NCBI GenBank assembly: GCA_009993885.1
Contig: JAACSN010000010.1
Coordinates: forward strand, 16,945 to 80,944
DNA from: Alphaproteobacteria bacterium
GTDB taxonomy: Bacteria; Pseudomonadota; Alphaproteobacteria; Caedimonadales; UBA9215
Length of the DNA stretch: 64,000 nt
Direction: 5' to 3'
Shown here: piece after piece, positions 9,133 through 18,510 of the stretch
Layout of the letters: each line of letters begins with the position of its first letter
Numbering within the stretch: the stretch's first letter is position 1
Program-made: the position numbers and the translations under genes
The notes under the pieces: generated by a model
Database searches by the model: none
Told to the model about the DNA's origin: nothing
What the model saw: only the letters and a program-made list of their open reading frames with translations

Positions 9133-10293
9133 ATGACACAAAAACTAACCAAGCGCTTTGTAGAATCCATTATTCCCGTTGACGATAAAGAGCTCCTTTT
9201 ATGGGACTCGGAGGTGAAAGGTTTTGGCGTTCGTGTTTTTTCAACGGGCCGTAGGACTTATTTTGTTCAATACCGAAATGCAGCAGCCAGAACGCGGCGT
9301 CAAAAAATAGGACAACATGGTGTCATAACAGCAGATCAGGCTCGCGAAGAAGCTAAAATAATATTAGCAGATGTTTGCAAGGGAAGTGACCCTTCTGCAC
9401 TTCGTAAGGATAAAAGGGCAATGCCTACTTTTGAGAAGTTTGTAGAGGAATATTTAAGAGTCTACGCCAAAGGAGAGAAGAAAGAAAAGACATACAATGA
9501 AGAGGTAAAGCTTCTCAATACCATCTTGATCCCAAAAATAGGTCATGAGCTTTTGGATGCAATTAGCACAAGGGACCTTCAGAAAATTCACCATGAATTT
9601 AAAAATAGGCCATACCAAGCCAACCGAATACGATCTCTTCTTAATAAAATGTTTAACATGGCTATGCAGTGGGAAATAACCTCAAAAAATCCTGCGACAG
9701 CTGTACAAAAATATAGAGAAGAAAAGCGTAGCCGCTGGTTGGGTGATGCCGAGGTGCAGCACTTATGGGTCACCCTAGACTCTTATAGAAACCAAAATAT
9801 TGCTGATATTTTTCGCCTTTTGCTCTTAACAGGGGCACGGAAAAGTGAAGTTTTAAAAGCAACGTGGAATGAGTTCGATCTAAAAAAAGAGGTGTGGACA
9901 AAACCGTCTCATAATACGAAGCAGGCCAAAATGGAACACCTGCCTTTATCTTCACAGGCTGTTGAGCTATTAAAAAAAATGAAATTACAAGCAAGTGATA
10001 GCCCTTTTCTTTTCCCCGGAAAAGTTCAGGGACAACCTCTCAAGGAAATTAAGAAAGCTTGGGAAACAATCCGTCAGTCGGCTAATATTGCAGATGTGCG
10101 AATACATGACCTGCGACATACATATGCCTCTCACCTTGTTTCTAGCGGTTTAAGCCTTAGTATTGTAGGAAAGCTTTTAGGACATACTCAAGCCTCGACA
10201 ACACAAAGATATGCGCATTTGGCGGATGAACCTTTACGGAAAGCCACAGCAGTTTTTGGCGATAAGCTTACAATGCTTACTAAAGCTTCTTAA
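9133..10293 (+). CDS. int: Tyrosine recombinase/integrase, P4-like (N-terminal DUF4102-type arm-binding domain)
   Basis: N-terminus LTKRFVESI...LLLWDSEVKGFGVRVFSTGRRTYFVQYR. Catalytic-domain motifs LLLLTGARKSE, HDLRHTYASHLV and LLGHTQASTTQRYAHL. Confidence 0.9.
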   Translation: MTQKLTKRFVESIIPVDDKELLLWDSEVKGFGVRVFSTGRRTYFVQYRNAAARTRRQKIGQHGVITADQAREEAKIILADVCKGSDPSALRKDKRAMPTFEKFVEEYLRVYAKGEKKEKTYNEEVKLLNTILIPKIGHELLDAISTRDLQKIHHEFKNRPYQANRIRSLLNKMFNMAMQWEITSKNPATAVQKYREEKRSRWLGDAEVQHLWVTLDSYRNQNIADIFRLLLLTGARKSEVLKATWNEFDLKKEVWTKPSHNTKQAKMEHLPLSSQAVELLKKMKLQASDSPFLFPGKVQGQPLKEIKKAWETIRQSANIADVRIHDLRHTYASHLVSSGLSLSIVGKLLGHTQASTTQRYAHLADEPLRKATAVFGDKLTMLTKAS

Positions 10294-10321
10294 AGAAAAT
10301 GGAGTTGTTATTTTTTAAAAA

Positions 10322-11107
10322 ATGATTCATAATTATACTATGAGTATAAATATAGAACAAAAAATAAAAAACTTGCTAAAATTACACCGCCAAGGTGTAC
10401 CTTTTCTCGCACAGTGGATGGTAGCTCAGGAAATCTCACCTCAGCTTCAAGAGCGCTATGTTAAGGGTGGGTGGCTTGAGTCAATCGGACATGGCGCCTA
10501 TAAAAAATTCAGCGATGAAGTAAGTTGGCTGGGAGCTGTTTATGCCCTACAAAGCCAAGCGCATCTCAATATCTATGTGGGAGCGCTAACAGCTCTATCT
10601 TTGCATGGCCGGGAGCACTATTTGCGTTTTGGGGAAAGCGCCTCATACACCTTCTCTTCTAATTTACGGAAGCCTCCTTCTTGGTTTGTGAAGCATCCTT
10701 GGGAGACCAAAAACGTTCATATCTGTACTAAATTTTTACCCAACAATGTTGGTCTCACGAATTATTCAGAAGGCCATTTTGACGTCCAAGTAGCATCCTT
10801 AGAGCGGGCCTTTTTAGAATGCCTTTATTTAGCTCCTTCCTATATCAGCTATGTTGAGTGCTATCAAATCTTTGAAGGCTTAGGAAATTTACGTCCGGAT
10901 CTTCTACAACAACTTCTAGAAAATTGCGGCTCTGTTCGTGTAAAACGCCTGTTCTTATATATGAGCCAAAAAATGCAACACAGTTGGTCACCTTTTCTGG
11001 ATGTGAGTGGTATTACTTTGGGTAAGGGAACACGCTCCCTTGAAAAAGGTGGTGTGTACGTGCCTGAATTTAACTTAATGATCCCGAAAGACTTGTTTGA
11101 ATTATGA
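10322..11107 (+). CDS. AbiEi-family antitoxin/transcriptional regulator (type IV TA, abortive infection AbiE)
   Basis: N-terminal pattern GVPFLAQWMVAQEISPQLQERYVKGGWLESIGHGAYKK is typical of AbiEi. ATGA overlap with the downstream AbiEii gene. Confidence 0.75.
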   Translation: MIHNYTMSINIEQKIKNLLKLHRQGVPFLAQWMVAQEISPQLQERYVKGGWLESIGHGAYKKFSDEVSWLGAVYALQSQAHLNIYVGALTALSLHGREHYLRFGESASYTFSSNLRKPPSWFVKHPWETKNVHICTKFLPNNVGLTNYSEGHFDVQVASLERAFLECLYLAPSYISYVECYQIFEGLGNLRPDLLQQLLENCGSVRVKRLFLYMSQKMQHSWSPFLDVSGITLGKGTRSLEKGGVYVPEFNLMIPKDLFEL

Positions 11108-12036
11108 TCGAATCCATATATCGCGAAAGAGTAGATCTCTTACTGAAAATTATCCCCCATGTTGCCAAAGAAAAGATTTTTGGCTTGAAGGGCGGCACCG
11201 CAATTAACTTATTCCTGAGAGATTTTCCAAGACTCTCTGTTGATATTGACTTGGTGTATTTACCCTTTGATGCGCGCAACATTGCTTTGGAAAACATATC
11301 GTCTGCTCTAGATCGTCTTAACGCGTCGATATCAAAAGCTATACCAAATATTCACATCACCCCCATTCCCTTAACTGAGGGGCAAGATGTAAAGCTAATG
11401 TGTCAAGTGAACCGTGCACAAGTCAAGGTTGAGGTTAATGCGGTTAGCCGTGGCCACATGCTTCCCGTGACAACCAAAAGAATTTCAAAAAGTGTTGAGG
11501 ATGAGTTCGAGCTCTTTGCAGCTATGCAAATTCTCTCAGAGGGCGAAATATATGGTAGTAAGATTTGTGCTGCTTTTGACCGTCAGCATCCAAGAGACTT
11601 ATTTGATGTAAGGCTCATATTAGATTCAGAGGGGATAACAGATGAAATTAAGTTTGGTTTCCTATGCGCCCTTCTAAGTCATCCGAGACCTATACATGAA
11701 GTTTTAAAGCCACGTGTAGTTAATCAAAAAAATGCCTTTGAATCTCACTTTCAGGGAATGAGCTTTATTCCTTTTTCATACGATGATCACGAAAAAACAC
11801 GTACTCAACTTTTTACTGAAATGGAAAAAGTCCTAACGGAAACAGATAAGTTATTTTTACGTTCTTTCAAAACTGGAGAGCCCGACTGGCAGCTTGGTAA
11901 AGAATATGCGCTAATGGAAAATATGCCCGCTGTTCAGTGGAAACTGCTAAACATTCAACGCCTTAAAGAATCAAATCCATCTAAGCATCAGGATATGCTT
12001 GCTGACTTGGTCCGGAAGCTGGGTTTCTCAAAGTAG
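11104..12036 (+). CDS. AbiEii/AbiGii-family nucleotidyltransferase toxin (DUF1814)
   Basis: Motif GLKGGTAINLFLRDFPRLSVDIDLVY (GG-T-A..., DxD nucleotidyltransferase core). Translationally coupled to AbiEi. Confidence 0.85.
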   Translation: MIESIYRERVDLLLKIIPHVAKEKIFGLKGGTAINLFLRDFPRLSVDIDLVYLPFDARNIALENISSALDRLNASISKAIPNIHITPIPLTEGQDVKLMCQVNRAQVKVEVNAVSRGHMLPVTTKRISKSVEDEFELFAAMQILSEGEIYGSKICAAFDRQHPRDLFDVRLILDSEGITDEIKFGFLCALLSHPRPIHEVLKPRVVNQKNAFESHFQGMSFIPFSYDDHEKTRTQLFTEMEKVLTETDKLFLRSFKTGEPDWQLGKEYALMENMPAVQWKLLNIQRLKESNPSKHQDMLADLVRKLGFSK

Positions 12037-12079
12037 AGTGACAATACGTGAGACAACAGCCTGTTCTTGGAAGGCATTT

Positions 12080-12784
12080 TTAATGTCCCAAGCCATATTT
12101 GAAGAGTTCTCTTCCATTTTTCTTGAGCCATGCCTTTGAATCTTTGTATTCAGGGTGGAGGTCTTCGACGATTTTCCAAAAGGTTGGGCTGTGGTTCATT
12201 TCCTTTAGGTGTGCCACCTCATGAGCACAAACATATGCCGCAACAGACTTAGGGGCTAGCAAAAGACGCCAGCAAAGAGAAATATTACCTTCCTCGGAAC
12301 AGCTCCCCCATCTGGACTTTGTATCTCGTATGGTGACTTTATTCACTGCCATACCTATTGCGACAGCATATTGTTCACAATATCTCTCTAGTTCACTCTT
12401 TGCGTGGCGCTTGAGAAAAATAGTAACCATCATATTGATGCGTTCTTCAGGTCCATATACCGTAATAGATCCATCCTGCATTTTGACATCCAGCCGGCCG
12501 TAGAGGCTTTGGTGTTTAATTTTATAATCTATATCAAGTACTGAGATGACAGCATTTTTCTCAAATGGTACAGACGTTATTGCCCTTGAAACTTGCTTCA
12601 AAATCCAGCCCTCTGTTCTTTCCAGAAATCCCAGCATCTGTTTTTGAGAAACCCGCGGGGGAGCCGTTAGGTTTAAAACGTTTTTAATAGAATCAAACCT
12701 CAAGCTCATACGTTTTGACCTCTTGTTTCGAGAGAGACGTACGCTTATATTTTGATCATTAAGGCGGTGGATAAAATCAGTCAT
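12080..12784 (-). CDS. DUF45/YgjP-like M48-type zinc metallopeptidase
   Basis: SRWGSCSEEGNISLCWRLLLAP...CAHEVAHLKEMNHSPTFW (HExxH zincin signature of the YgjP family). Confidence 0.85.
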   Translation of the reverse strand: MTDFIHRLNDQNISVRLSRNKRSKRMSLRFDSIKNVLNLTAPPRVSQKQMLGFLERTEGWILKQVSRAITSVPFEKNAVISVLDIDYKIKHQSLYGRLDVKMQDGSITVYGPEERINMMVTIFLKRHAKSELERYCEQYAVAIGMAVNKVTIRDTKSRWGSCSEEGNISLCWRLLLAPKSVAAYVCAHEVAHLKEMNHSPTFWKIVEDLHPEYKDSKAWLKKNGRELFKYGLGH

Positions 12785-12815
12785 AAAATAATTCGGTTTA
12801 TTTAAGGTCTATTTT

Positions 12816-13457
12816 TTATCCTGGAGCGACGCGTTCCAGAATTGATTCTAGGAGCATAACCAAGAAGTCCATACACTTTTTACTCATTTTAATGAGCTCC
12901 TTTGGGTTATAGGCCATGCCGTGAACATAGTTAGCCATCACTCTATAGGTCACATAGAGTTTTTCCCAGCTGTCATCTGGACGGTCAAAGGCAATTTCTA
13001 ATTTCCGTTGAAAATTAAATCCTTTGACGTATTCAGGATCATTCTCCTCTAGGTCTCTCACTCTTATTTTATCTTTTTTCAGCTGGGACCCTGGAACTTT
13101 CTCTATCCCATAGGCCAATAAATCAGCGTCAGTCTGGATTTTCAATTTTTGCTTTAGCTCTTGGTATTCAAGTAATTTACAATAGTTTTCATCCTCAATG
13201 ATAAGGAACAGGTCAACTTGCGCTTCAAAAATAGCACGGAAAATCATCGGGATGGAGGCAGCAGATTTTTTTTCATCCAAAAGGCAAATATCTTCTGATA
13301 GTTGAACGATTCTTTTAAAAAGAAAATGCTCCCAAGAACTTTTTCCAGCCCCATCGTTATTCCAAGGGTGAGCTTGCATTTTTTCAAGAATTAACGCAAA
13401 ATTTGTTTCAGGTTCACTGATAGGCATAGTTAAAAATATTTTCCAAGTTGAGTTCAT
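12816..13457 (-). CDS. Hypothetical protein (213 aa)
   Basis: Clean ORF 31 nt upstream of the DUF45 gene on the same strand. No recognisable motif. Confidence 0.55.
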   Translation of the reverse strand: MNSTWKIFLTMPISEPETNFALILEKMQAHPWNNDGAGKSSWEHFLFKRIVQLSEDICLLDEKKSAASIPMIFRAIFEAQVDLFLIIEDENYCKLLEYQELKQKLKIQTDADLLAYGIEKVPGSQLKKDKIRVRDLEENDPEYVKGFNFQRKLEIAFDRPDDSWEKLYVTYRVMANYVHGMAYNPKELIKMSKKCMDFLVMLLESILERVAPG

Positions 13458-13555
13458 AAACCCTATAGGCTAGCAAAAAGAACCTTGCACCTTTTTAGAC
13501 ATTTTGGCCAATGAAAAACATCTTTTTTGCTCCTTCACAATGAAGAGACAAAAAG

Positions 13556-15031
13556 TTAAGTCCCACAAAAAGTTTGGTAAACGCGCTCCTCTGGTTTAGG
13601 AGGCTTTTGGAATTCCTTATATTCAGGTTTGTCTACATAAGGCTCCGAAAGAACCTCGAGCAACTTATGCAATTTGCTAAAATCACTTTGTTCTTCTGCA
13701 GCGAACAAAGCCTTCTCCACCTGGTGATTGCGCGGGATAAAAGCTGGATTACTGGCTCGCATCAGGCTGAAGGCGGACTCCGTTGACTCACTGTTCTGTT
13801 TAAGTCGGATTAACCACCGTTCCCACCAGTCCTGAAAATCCTCCGTTACATAATAGTCGCCTTTCGGAATGGTTTCAGAAATCAGATCACGAAATGTATT
13901 GGTGTAATCGGCGTGATGATGTTTCATCCACTTTAAGAGATCAGCAATCAATAACTCATCTGCTTTGTCTTCACCAAAAAAGCCCAACTTACGACGCATC
14001 ATAGATAACCATGCTGTTTGGAAAGGCGCATTAAATGACTGAATAACCTCTTCTGCCAGCGCAGCTGCCTGTTCGATATCTTTATGCAGTAATGGCATTA
14101 AGGATTCAGCAAAACGGGCTATATTCCACTGGGTAATATGTGGCTGGTTAGCATAAGCATAGCGCTTCATTTGATCGATGGAGCTGAAAACCGTTTCTGG
14201 ATCGTACGAATCCAAGAAGGCGCAGGGACCGTAATCAATGGTTTCACCAGAAATAGCCATATTATCCGTATTCATAACTCCATGGATAAAGCCAACTCGT
14301 AGCCAATTGACAAGCAAATCAATTTGCCGGTTCATTACGGCTTTGATCAACTCCAGATAGGGTTGTTCGGAACCCTTTAGCTCCGGATAGTGTCGGTCGA
14401 TGGCGTAATCAGCTAGTTGCTTTAGGCCTTTGCCATCTTTTTGCGTGGCTAAATATTGAAACGTCCCGACGCGCATGTGGCTGGAAGCTACACGTGTCAA
14501 AATCGCTCCTTGCAGCATGCTTTCCCGATAAACTTTTTCACCTGTTGTGACCACGGCAAGGCTCCGTGTTGTGGGAATACCCAGATTATGCATTGCTTCA
14601 CTGATAATGTATTCTCGAAGCATGGGGCCGAGCGCCGCCCTGCCATCCCCACGCTTGGCATAAGGTGTTTTACCGGAGCCTTTGAACTGGATATCTACAC
14701 GGGTTCCATCCGACGTAACATGTTCACCGATCAGATGTGCTCTTCCATCACCCAGTAGGGTGAAATGCCCGAACTGATGTCCAGCATAGGCCTGTGCTAG
14801 GGGTTCAGAGCCCTTGGGTAAAGCATTGCCGGAGAAAAGTTGGGCTAACTCCTTCTTAGAAGGCTTCTCAAGCATCAACCCCAATTTATTCGCTAATTTC
14901 TGATTTATGATGACAACATGTGGATCGCTAACCGGAATAGGATGCATCTTCGTGTAGAAATATCCCGGCAAGCGAAAATAGCTATTATCAAAATTCCAGC
15001 CTATTTGATTTTTATATGTGTCATCACTCAT
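13556..15031 (-). CDS. selO: Protein adenylyltransferase SelO (YdiU/UPF0061 pseudokinase-fold AMPylase/UMPylase)
   Basis: Family signatures AQAYAGHQFGHFTLLGDGRAHLIGE, HMRVGTF, GFIHGVMNTDNMAISGETIDYGPCAF. Length 491 aa. Confidence 0.9.
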   Translation of the reverse strand: MSDDTYKNQIGWNFDNSYFRLPGYFYTKMHPIPVSDPHVVIINQKLANKLGLMLEKPSKKELAQLFSGNALPKGSEPLAQAYAGHQFGHFTLLGDGRAHLIGEHVTSDGTRVDIQFKGSGKTPYAKRGDGRAALGPMLREYIISEAMHNLGIPTTRSLAVVTTGEKVYRESMLQGAILTRVASSHMRVGTFQYLATQKDGKGLKQLADYAIDRHYPELKGSEQPYLELIKAVMNRQIDLLVNWLRVGFIHGVMNTDNMAISGETIDYGPCAFLDSYDPETVFSSIDQMKRYAYANQPHITQWNIARFAESLMPLLHKDIEQAAALAEEVIQSFNAPFQTAWLSMMRRKLGFFGEDKADELLIADLLKWMKHHHADYTNTFRDLISETIPKGDYYVTEDFQDWWERWLIRLKQNSESTESAFSLMRASNPAFIPRNHQVEKALFAAEEQSDFSKLHKLLEVLSEPYVDKPEYKEFQKPPKPEERVYQTFCGT

Positions 15032-15131
15032 CGCTTACCTCAATCAATATATCGTTGCGCCGCATAAACGGAATTATCCATGGCGGGCTGTAAGGGTTCT
15101 GTCGCACGTTTACTGTGTATCTTTTTAAAAG

Positions 15132-15701
15132 TCATTTTTCAAAACGCCTAAACCATTCTAAACGATACGCTTGAGCAAACACCGCGTCTTGAATATAGAG
15201 CATATTCTCTGAATTCCTGCTATTTGCAGCTTTGCTAAAGTTATAGCTGCCAGTAATCAACCGTGCCCCGTCGACGATGATAGTCTTATTGTGGGCAATG
15301 CCTTGCACATCATCTATTTTGGTTTTTATGCCTGCTTTGCTAAGGCGATGGATTTGAGAGTATGGTGCTTTGAGTTGGCTTTTATCAAAGAGGATTTTTA
15401 CAGTGATCCCCTTTCTATGAGCCTCAATCAAAGCATCAGAAATAGGCAAGGAGGTAAAGCTGTAGGCCTGAACAAGGATTTCTTTCTTGGCTGATTGGAT
15501 GGCATGTAGGGCTAGCTTCTCGCATTGCCCCTCAGGAGAAAAACACACGTTAAGCGGAGGTGATTCCGTTTCAGAGGAAAACACCATTGGCAATTGGCCT
15601 TCGTAATACAGGTAGCCAGAGGCAAATCCAAATAGGAACAACAAAGGCATAACGCTTAGGGTAGATGTTGCTCTCTTGCGGTGTATTTTCTTAGATGTCA
15701 T
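15132..15701 (-). CDS. Phospholipase D-family endonuclease, Nuc-like (single HKD motif), with N-terminal signal/anchor
   Basis: HNKTIIVDGARLITGSYN matches HxKxxxxDxxxxxxGSxN. N-terminal hydrophobic segment LSVMPLLFLFGFASGYLYY. 11-nt overlap with the upstream gene. Confidence 0.85.
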   Translation of the reverse strand: MTSKKIHRKRATSTLSVMPLLFLFGFASGYLYYEGQLPMVFSSETESPPLNVCFSPEGQCEKLALHAIQSAKKEILVQAYSFTSLPISDALIEAHRKGITVKILFDKSQLKAPYSQIHRLSKAGIKTKIDDVQGIAHNKTIIVDGARLITGSYNFSKAANSRNSENMLYIQDAVFAQAYRLEWFRRFEK

Positions 15702-16692
15702 TTTTTTTGTCTATTTTATATTTTTTAGAATGGTCTTCTTGAGTGTTATTAATTCTAAAAACGCCATATTCTGAGTTTTGAAGTTTGTCATCTATGCATG
15801 CTACAAATAGAGCTTCAAAAAATACCGCCAAATTATATGTCATTGTATCCAAACTTGAACTTAAACATATTGGCCCTTCAGATTTAAAGTCTATTTTTTC
15901 AGTTAAATTATATTCCCAAGACGGCGCCATGAATTTGTTATCAGGCCCTATTGAAAAATTTTCTACGGTAACTCTATAATCTTCTTTGGGGTGTTCAATA
16001 GAATTTCTTAAGTTTGAAATTTTTCGATTATGTATATCTTCATTTTGAAGATATTGGACGATATTGTGATCTTCCCCAAGTTTTTTGGCCATCCATTCTA
16101 AAGCTTGTTTGAAATTAGACCCAGCATGTGGCGCATCATAAAAAAACTCTAACAGACGGTAGGATTGGATAAGAAAACGTTTTGCGTTGCTCAGATATGC
16201 CACAACATCATTATTCAGATTTTGAATTAGATTTAATGGCGGAATGACATTATTTATTTTATTTTGATTAATTAGGCGATCATTAGAAATTATTTTTTCA
16301 TTAAATTCTGTTTTTAATTTGGAAGAGAATGTTTCGCATTCAAAGAGTATCTGGCTGGTTTGCCATAAGTATAAAATGAAATCATTTAAGTCAAAAGAGT
16401 TTTTGAAAAATTGATGAGAAACTTTAATCATCTCTTCAGATTGGAGAAAACAGCGTGAGACTGAAATATTTTTCGTTCCTACTCTGTAGAGAAGTGCTGA
16501 ACTATGCCTTGTATCAGGCGCATTATTTTCAGGGTCTATAGTTTCAGCTGTTAAGGACCGAAATATATGATTACCACAGAAGATGATTAAATCATCGCCC
16601 ACCTTTTTAAAGTCCTGTGGGGCTGTATCAGCATCAGGATTTTCTGGATCTATTAGGTTAAAATTAAATGCATTGTCTCTGCCGAATGTCAT
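15691..16692 (-). CDS. Hypothetical protein with RNxxxH (HEPN-type) motif
   Basis: The ORF-track start at 16710 is TTG. The ATG at 16692 follows an AAGGA RBS. Motif LRNSIEH is encoded at 16008-15991. Overlaps the PLD gene start. Confidence 0.6.
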   Translation of the reverse strand: MTFGRDNAFNFNLIDPENPDADTAPQDFKKVGDDLIIFCGNHIFRSLTAETIDPENNAPDTRHSSALLYRVGTKNISVSRCFLQSEEMIKVSHQFFKNSFDLNDFILYLWQTSQILFECETFSSKLKTEFNEKIISNDRLINQNKINNVIPPLNLIQNLNNDVVAYLSNAKRFLIQSYRLLEFFYDAPHAGSNFKQALEWMAKKLGEDHNIVQYLQNEDIHNRKISNLRNSIEHPKEDYRVTVENFSIGPDNKFMAPSWEYNLTEKIDFKSEGPICLSSSLDTMTYNLAVFFEALFVACIDDKLQNSEYGVFRINNTQEDHSKKYKIDKKNDI

Positions 16693-16819
16693 AGTAGGAT
16701 TCCTTTGCAACTTGCCCTATTCATATGCAACCCCTCCAATAAAGAGGAGGGCATTATTCCTAGGGTCAATGTCGCTCTTTTACGGTATGTTTTTTTCATA
16801 ACAACTCAAAAGGCGCTAT

Positions 16820-17671
16820 TCAGTTATTGGAAAAAGTTATTATTCGAGTTGGCCATTCTGAAATTGGGGGTAAGCTAAGCAACTTTGCTTGAACCAATGC
16901 AGAAAAAGCTATTATTACAGTTAACCAGAAAATTCTATTTCTCCCCCTTTTAGCATCCTTGTGAGTACGCTCCTCTCTTTCATCCTCTTCTAGAGTCTTT
17001 AAAGCCTTCCCTTCAACAACGTAATATCCATCGGTCTCAGTTATATCTCCTGATGACACTAAGGATGCTAGATATAATTCAAATTTGTTTCTTATCTCTA
17101 TACGAAGCGGGTTTAAGATCCACCTATCTGTATAGATTTTGCTCATTAACTCCCATTTACCCACCCCATTAGATTTATTGTAGAAGGAAGTTTCAAGAGT
17201 CATTTGAAGTTCTAGCATAGATTTCAAAATATCCATTCGGCCTTTTGTAAAAGTCCCCTTTTTATTATGATAATAATTAGACAATCGATTAGTGAAAACA
17301 TCAAACTTCACTCTGAGCTTATCCCAAGACATTATGTAGCTTAAGAAAACGTAATATATATTTCTATAGTTAAATTCATGAAGACCAAGGTAATGCCTAA
17401 AATCGAAAATATATTCTTTTAAACCAATAACATCAATTGAATTTTCTACAGAAAATTCTTTCTTTTCCTCATTTAAAGATCGTACAAATAATTTGTTCTT
17501 CTTCAAATCTATACTGTCTATGAGGTGCTCTTCCTTGCCTTTTTTGTTAATGAGTGTGATTACATATAAATTTACAGCCTTTCCTTTCTCACCAGTTCTC
17601 GGGATATATTTAGGCACCTCGTGTGATAGTAACTTAGGGAGTAACCAGGTTAATATTTTTTGTTTTGGCAT
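16820..17671 (-). CDS. Hypothetical protein with C-terminal TM anchor (283 aa)
   Basis: Clean ORF with ATG start. C-terminal helix IFWLTVIIAFSALVQAKLL. No recognisable family. Confidence 0.55.
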   Translation of the reverse strand: MPKQKILTWLLPKLLSHEVPKYIPRTGEKGKAVNLYVITLINKKGKEEHLIDSIDLKKNKLFVRSLNEEKKEFSVENSIDVIGLKEYIFDFRHYLGLHEFNYRNIYYVFLSYIMSWDKLRVKFDVFTNRLSNYYHNKKGTFTKGRMDILKSMLELQMTLETSFYNKSNGVGKWELMSKIYTDRWILNPLRIEIRNKFELYLASLVSSGDITETDGYYVVEGKALKTLEEDEREERTHKDAKRGRNRIFWLTVIIAFSALVQAKLLSLPPISEWPTRIITFSNN

Positions 17672-17726
17672 TTTCTTATAGATTCCCTTAAAAGGTGCAT
17701 GAAACGCAACAAAACAAAATCTCAGG

Positions 17727-18011
17727 TTAGGAAGTTATGCCACGCTTATCTTGAAACAATTCTGCCCCTTTATTAGCTAGAAGGTCAATGTGGAATTCTT
17801 GATTTTGCATCATTTCTTTGAGCTCTAGGAGGCCACCTAGGATGGCGAAGATGTTCTCTTTTTTCTCAAGATTTTCTTGGAGGTTGTCGCCTGCTTGCAC
17901 ATCGAAGCTTTCCATAAGACCAGACTTTTCAAAGAGCCCTCCAAGCTGAATTAATGTTCTTGTTCGGGCCCGCCGAAAGGAGGTGTGTGTATGATGATTT
18001 TCTTGATTCAT
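17727..18011 (-). CDS. traD: Ti-type conjugal transfer protein TraD (small relaxosome accessory protein)
   Basis: Trimmed to the ATG at 18011. RRARTRTLIQLGGLFEKSGL resembles the conserved basic-IQLGGL-KAGL core of Ti/Rhizobium TraD. Position is traC-traD, divergent from traA. Confidence 0.7.
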   Translation of the reverse strand: MNQENHHTHTSFRRARTRTLIQLGGLFEKSGLMESFDVQAGDNLQENLEKKENIFAILGGLLELKEMMQNQEFHIDLLANKGAELFQDKRGITS

Positions 18012-18027
18012 TCTATATCTCTTTCTC

Positions 18028-18315
18028 TCAAACCGACTTAGCAACCGGCTGTGCTTTTTGATCAATACATTTAGTGTTTCGAGGCTTTGTAAATTGAAAG
18101 ATGGTTGCAGCTTGAAGCCACTTCTCCTTTTGATCTTTTGGTGAGCAGCTCCAAGAATCTTGCACAATGCACGCGGCTAGTTGCGGCGTGAATTTGTCAC
18201 CGATTTCTGAGGAGAGATATTTTAGAAGATGTTGAGCTTGTCGTTTTTCGAGGTCTTTCTTTTTCTCTTTAAGCTCTGCAATCTTAGAGTCGATTGCTTG
18301 TAGGGATTGAGGCAT
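18028..18315 (-). CDS. traC: Ti-type TraC-like relaxosome accessory protein
   Basis: Small coiled-coil N-terminus (IAELKEKKKDLEKRQAQ). First gene divergent from traA, immediately upstream of traD, as in Ti-plasmid traCD(G)/oriT/traA loci. Sequence-level similarity was not verified. Confidence 0.5.
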   Translation of the reverse strand: MPQSLQAIDSKIAELKEKKKDLEKRQAQHLLKYLSSEIGDKFTPQLAACIVQDSWSCSPKDQKEKWLQAATIFQFTKPRNTKCIDQKAQPVAKSV

Positions 18316-18430
18316 GATTGCTCCTTTTCATATTGAAACTAGAGCTTCCGATACCCACTTTTTAACCTAAGGCCAGAATATCAAGCCTCCCTGTAATGTA
18401 AATAAAAAAAATAATCCGTCTGTCCTAAAA

Positions 18431-18510
18431 GCATTTGCAAAATGCTTGAAAGGCGCGCAGATACGTTGCATAATGCAACTATACGCTTTGTCGCAAGCGA
18501 CGTACCCTCA
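18431..18510 (-). promoter_or_regulatory. Candidate oriT (inverted repeats plus a MOBQ-like nick motif on the minus strand)
   Basis: Inverted repeats at 18431-18445, 18465-18479 (gttgcat-a-atgcaac) and 18490-18501. On the minus strand the second repeat is followed directly by GTATCTGCGCGCCTTTC, which resembles remembered RSF1010/pTiC58 nick regions (...GTAAGTGCGCCCT / ACGTATAATTGCGCCCT). Confidence 0.45.

Noticed and set aside
18012-18167. N-terminal extension of the Ti-type traD ORF
   Set aside because: It overlaps traC. The conserved TraD core begins after the ATG at 18011, which lies 17 nt after the traC stop.
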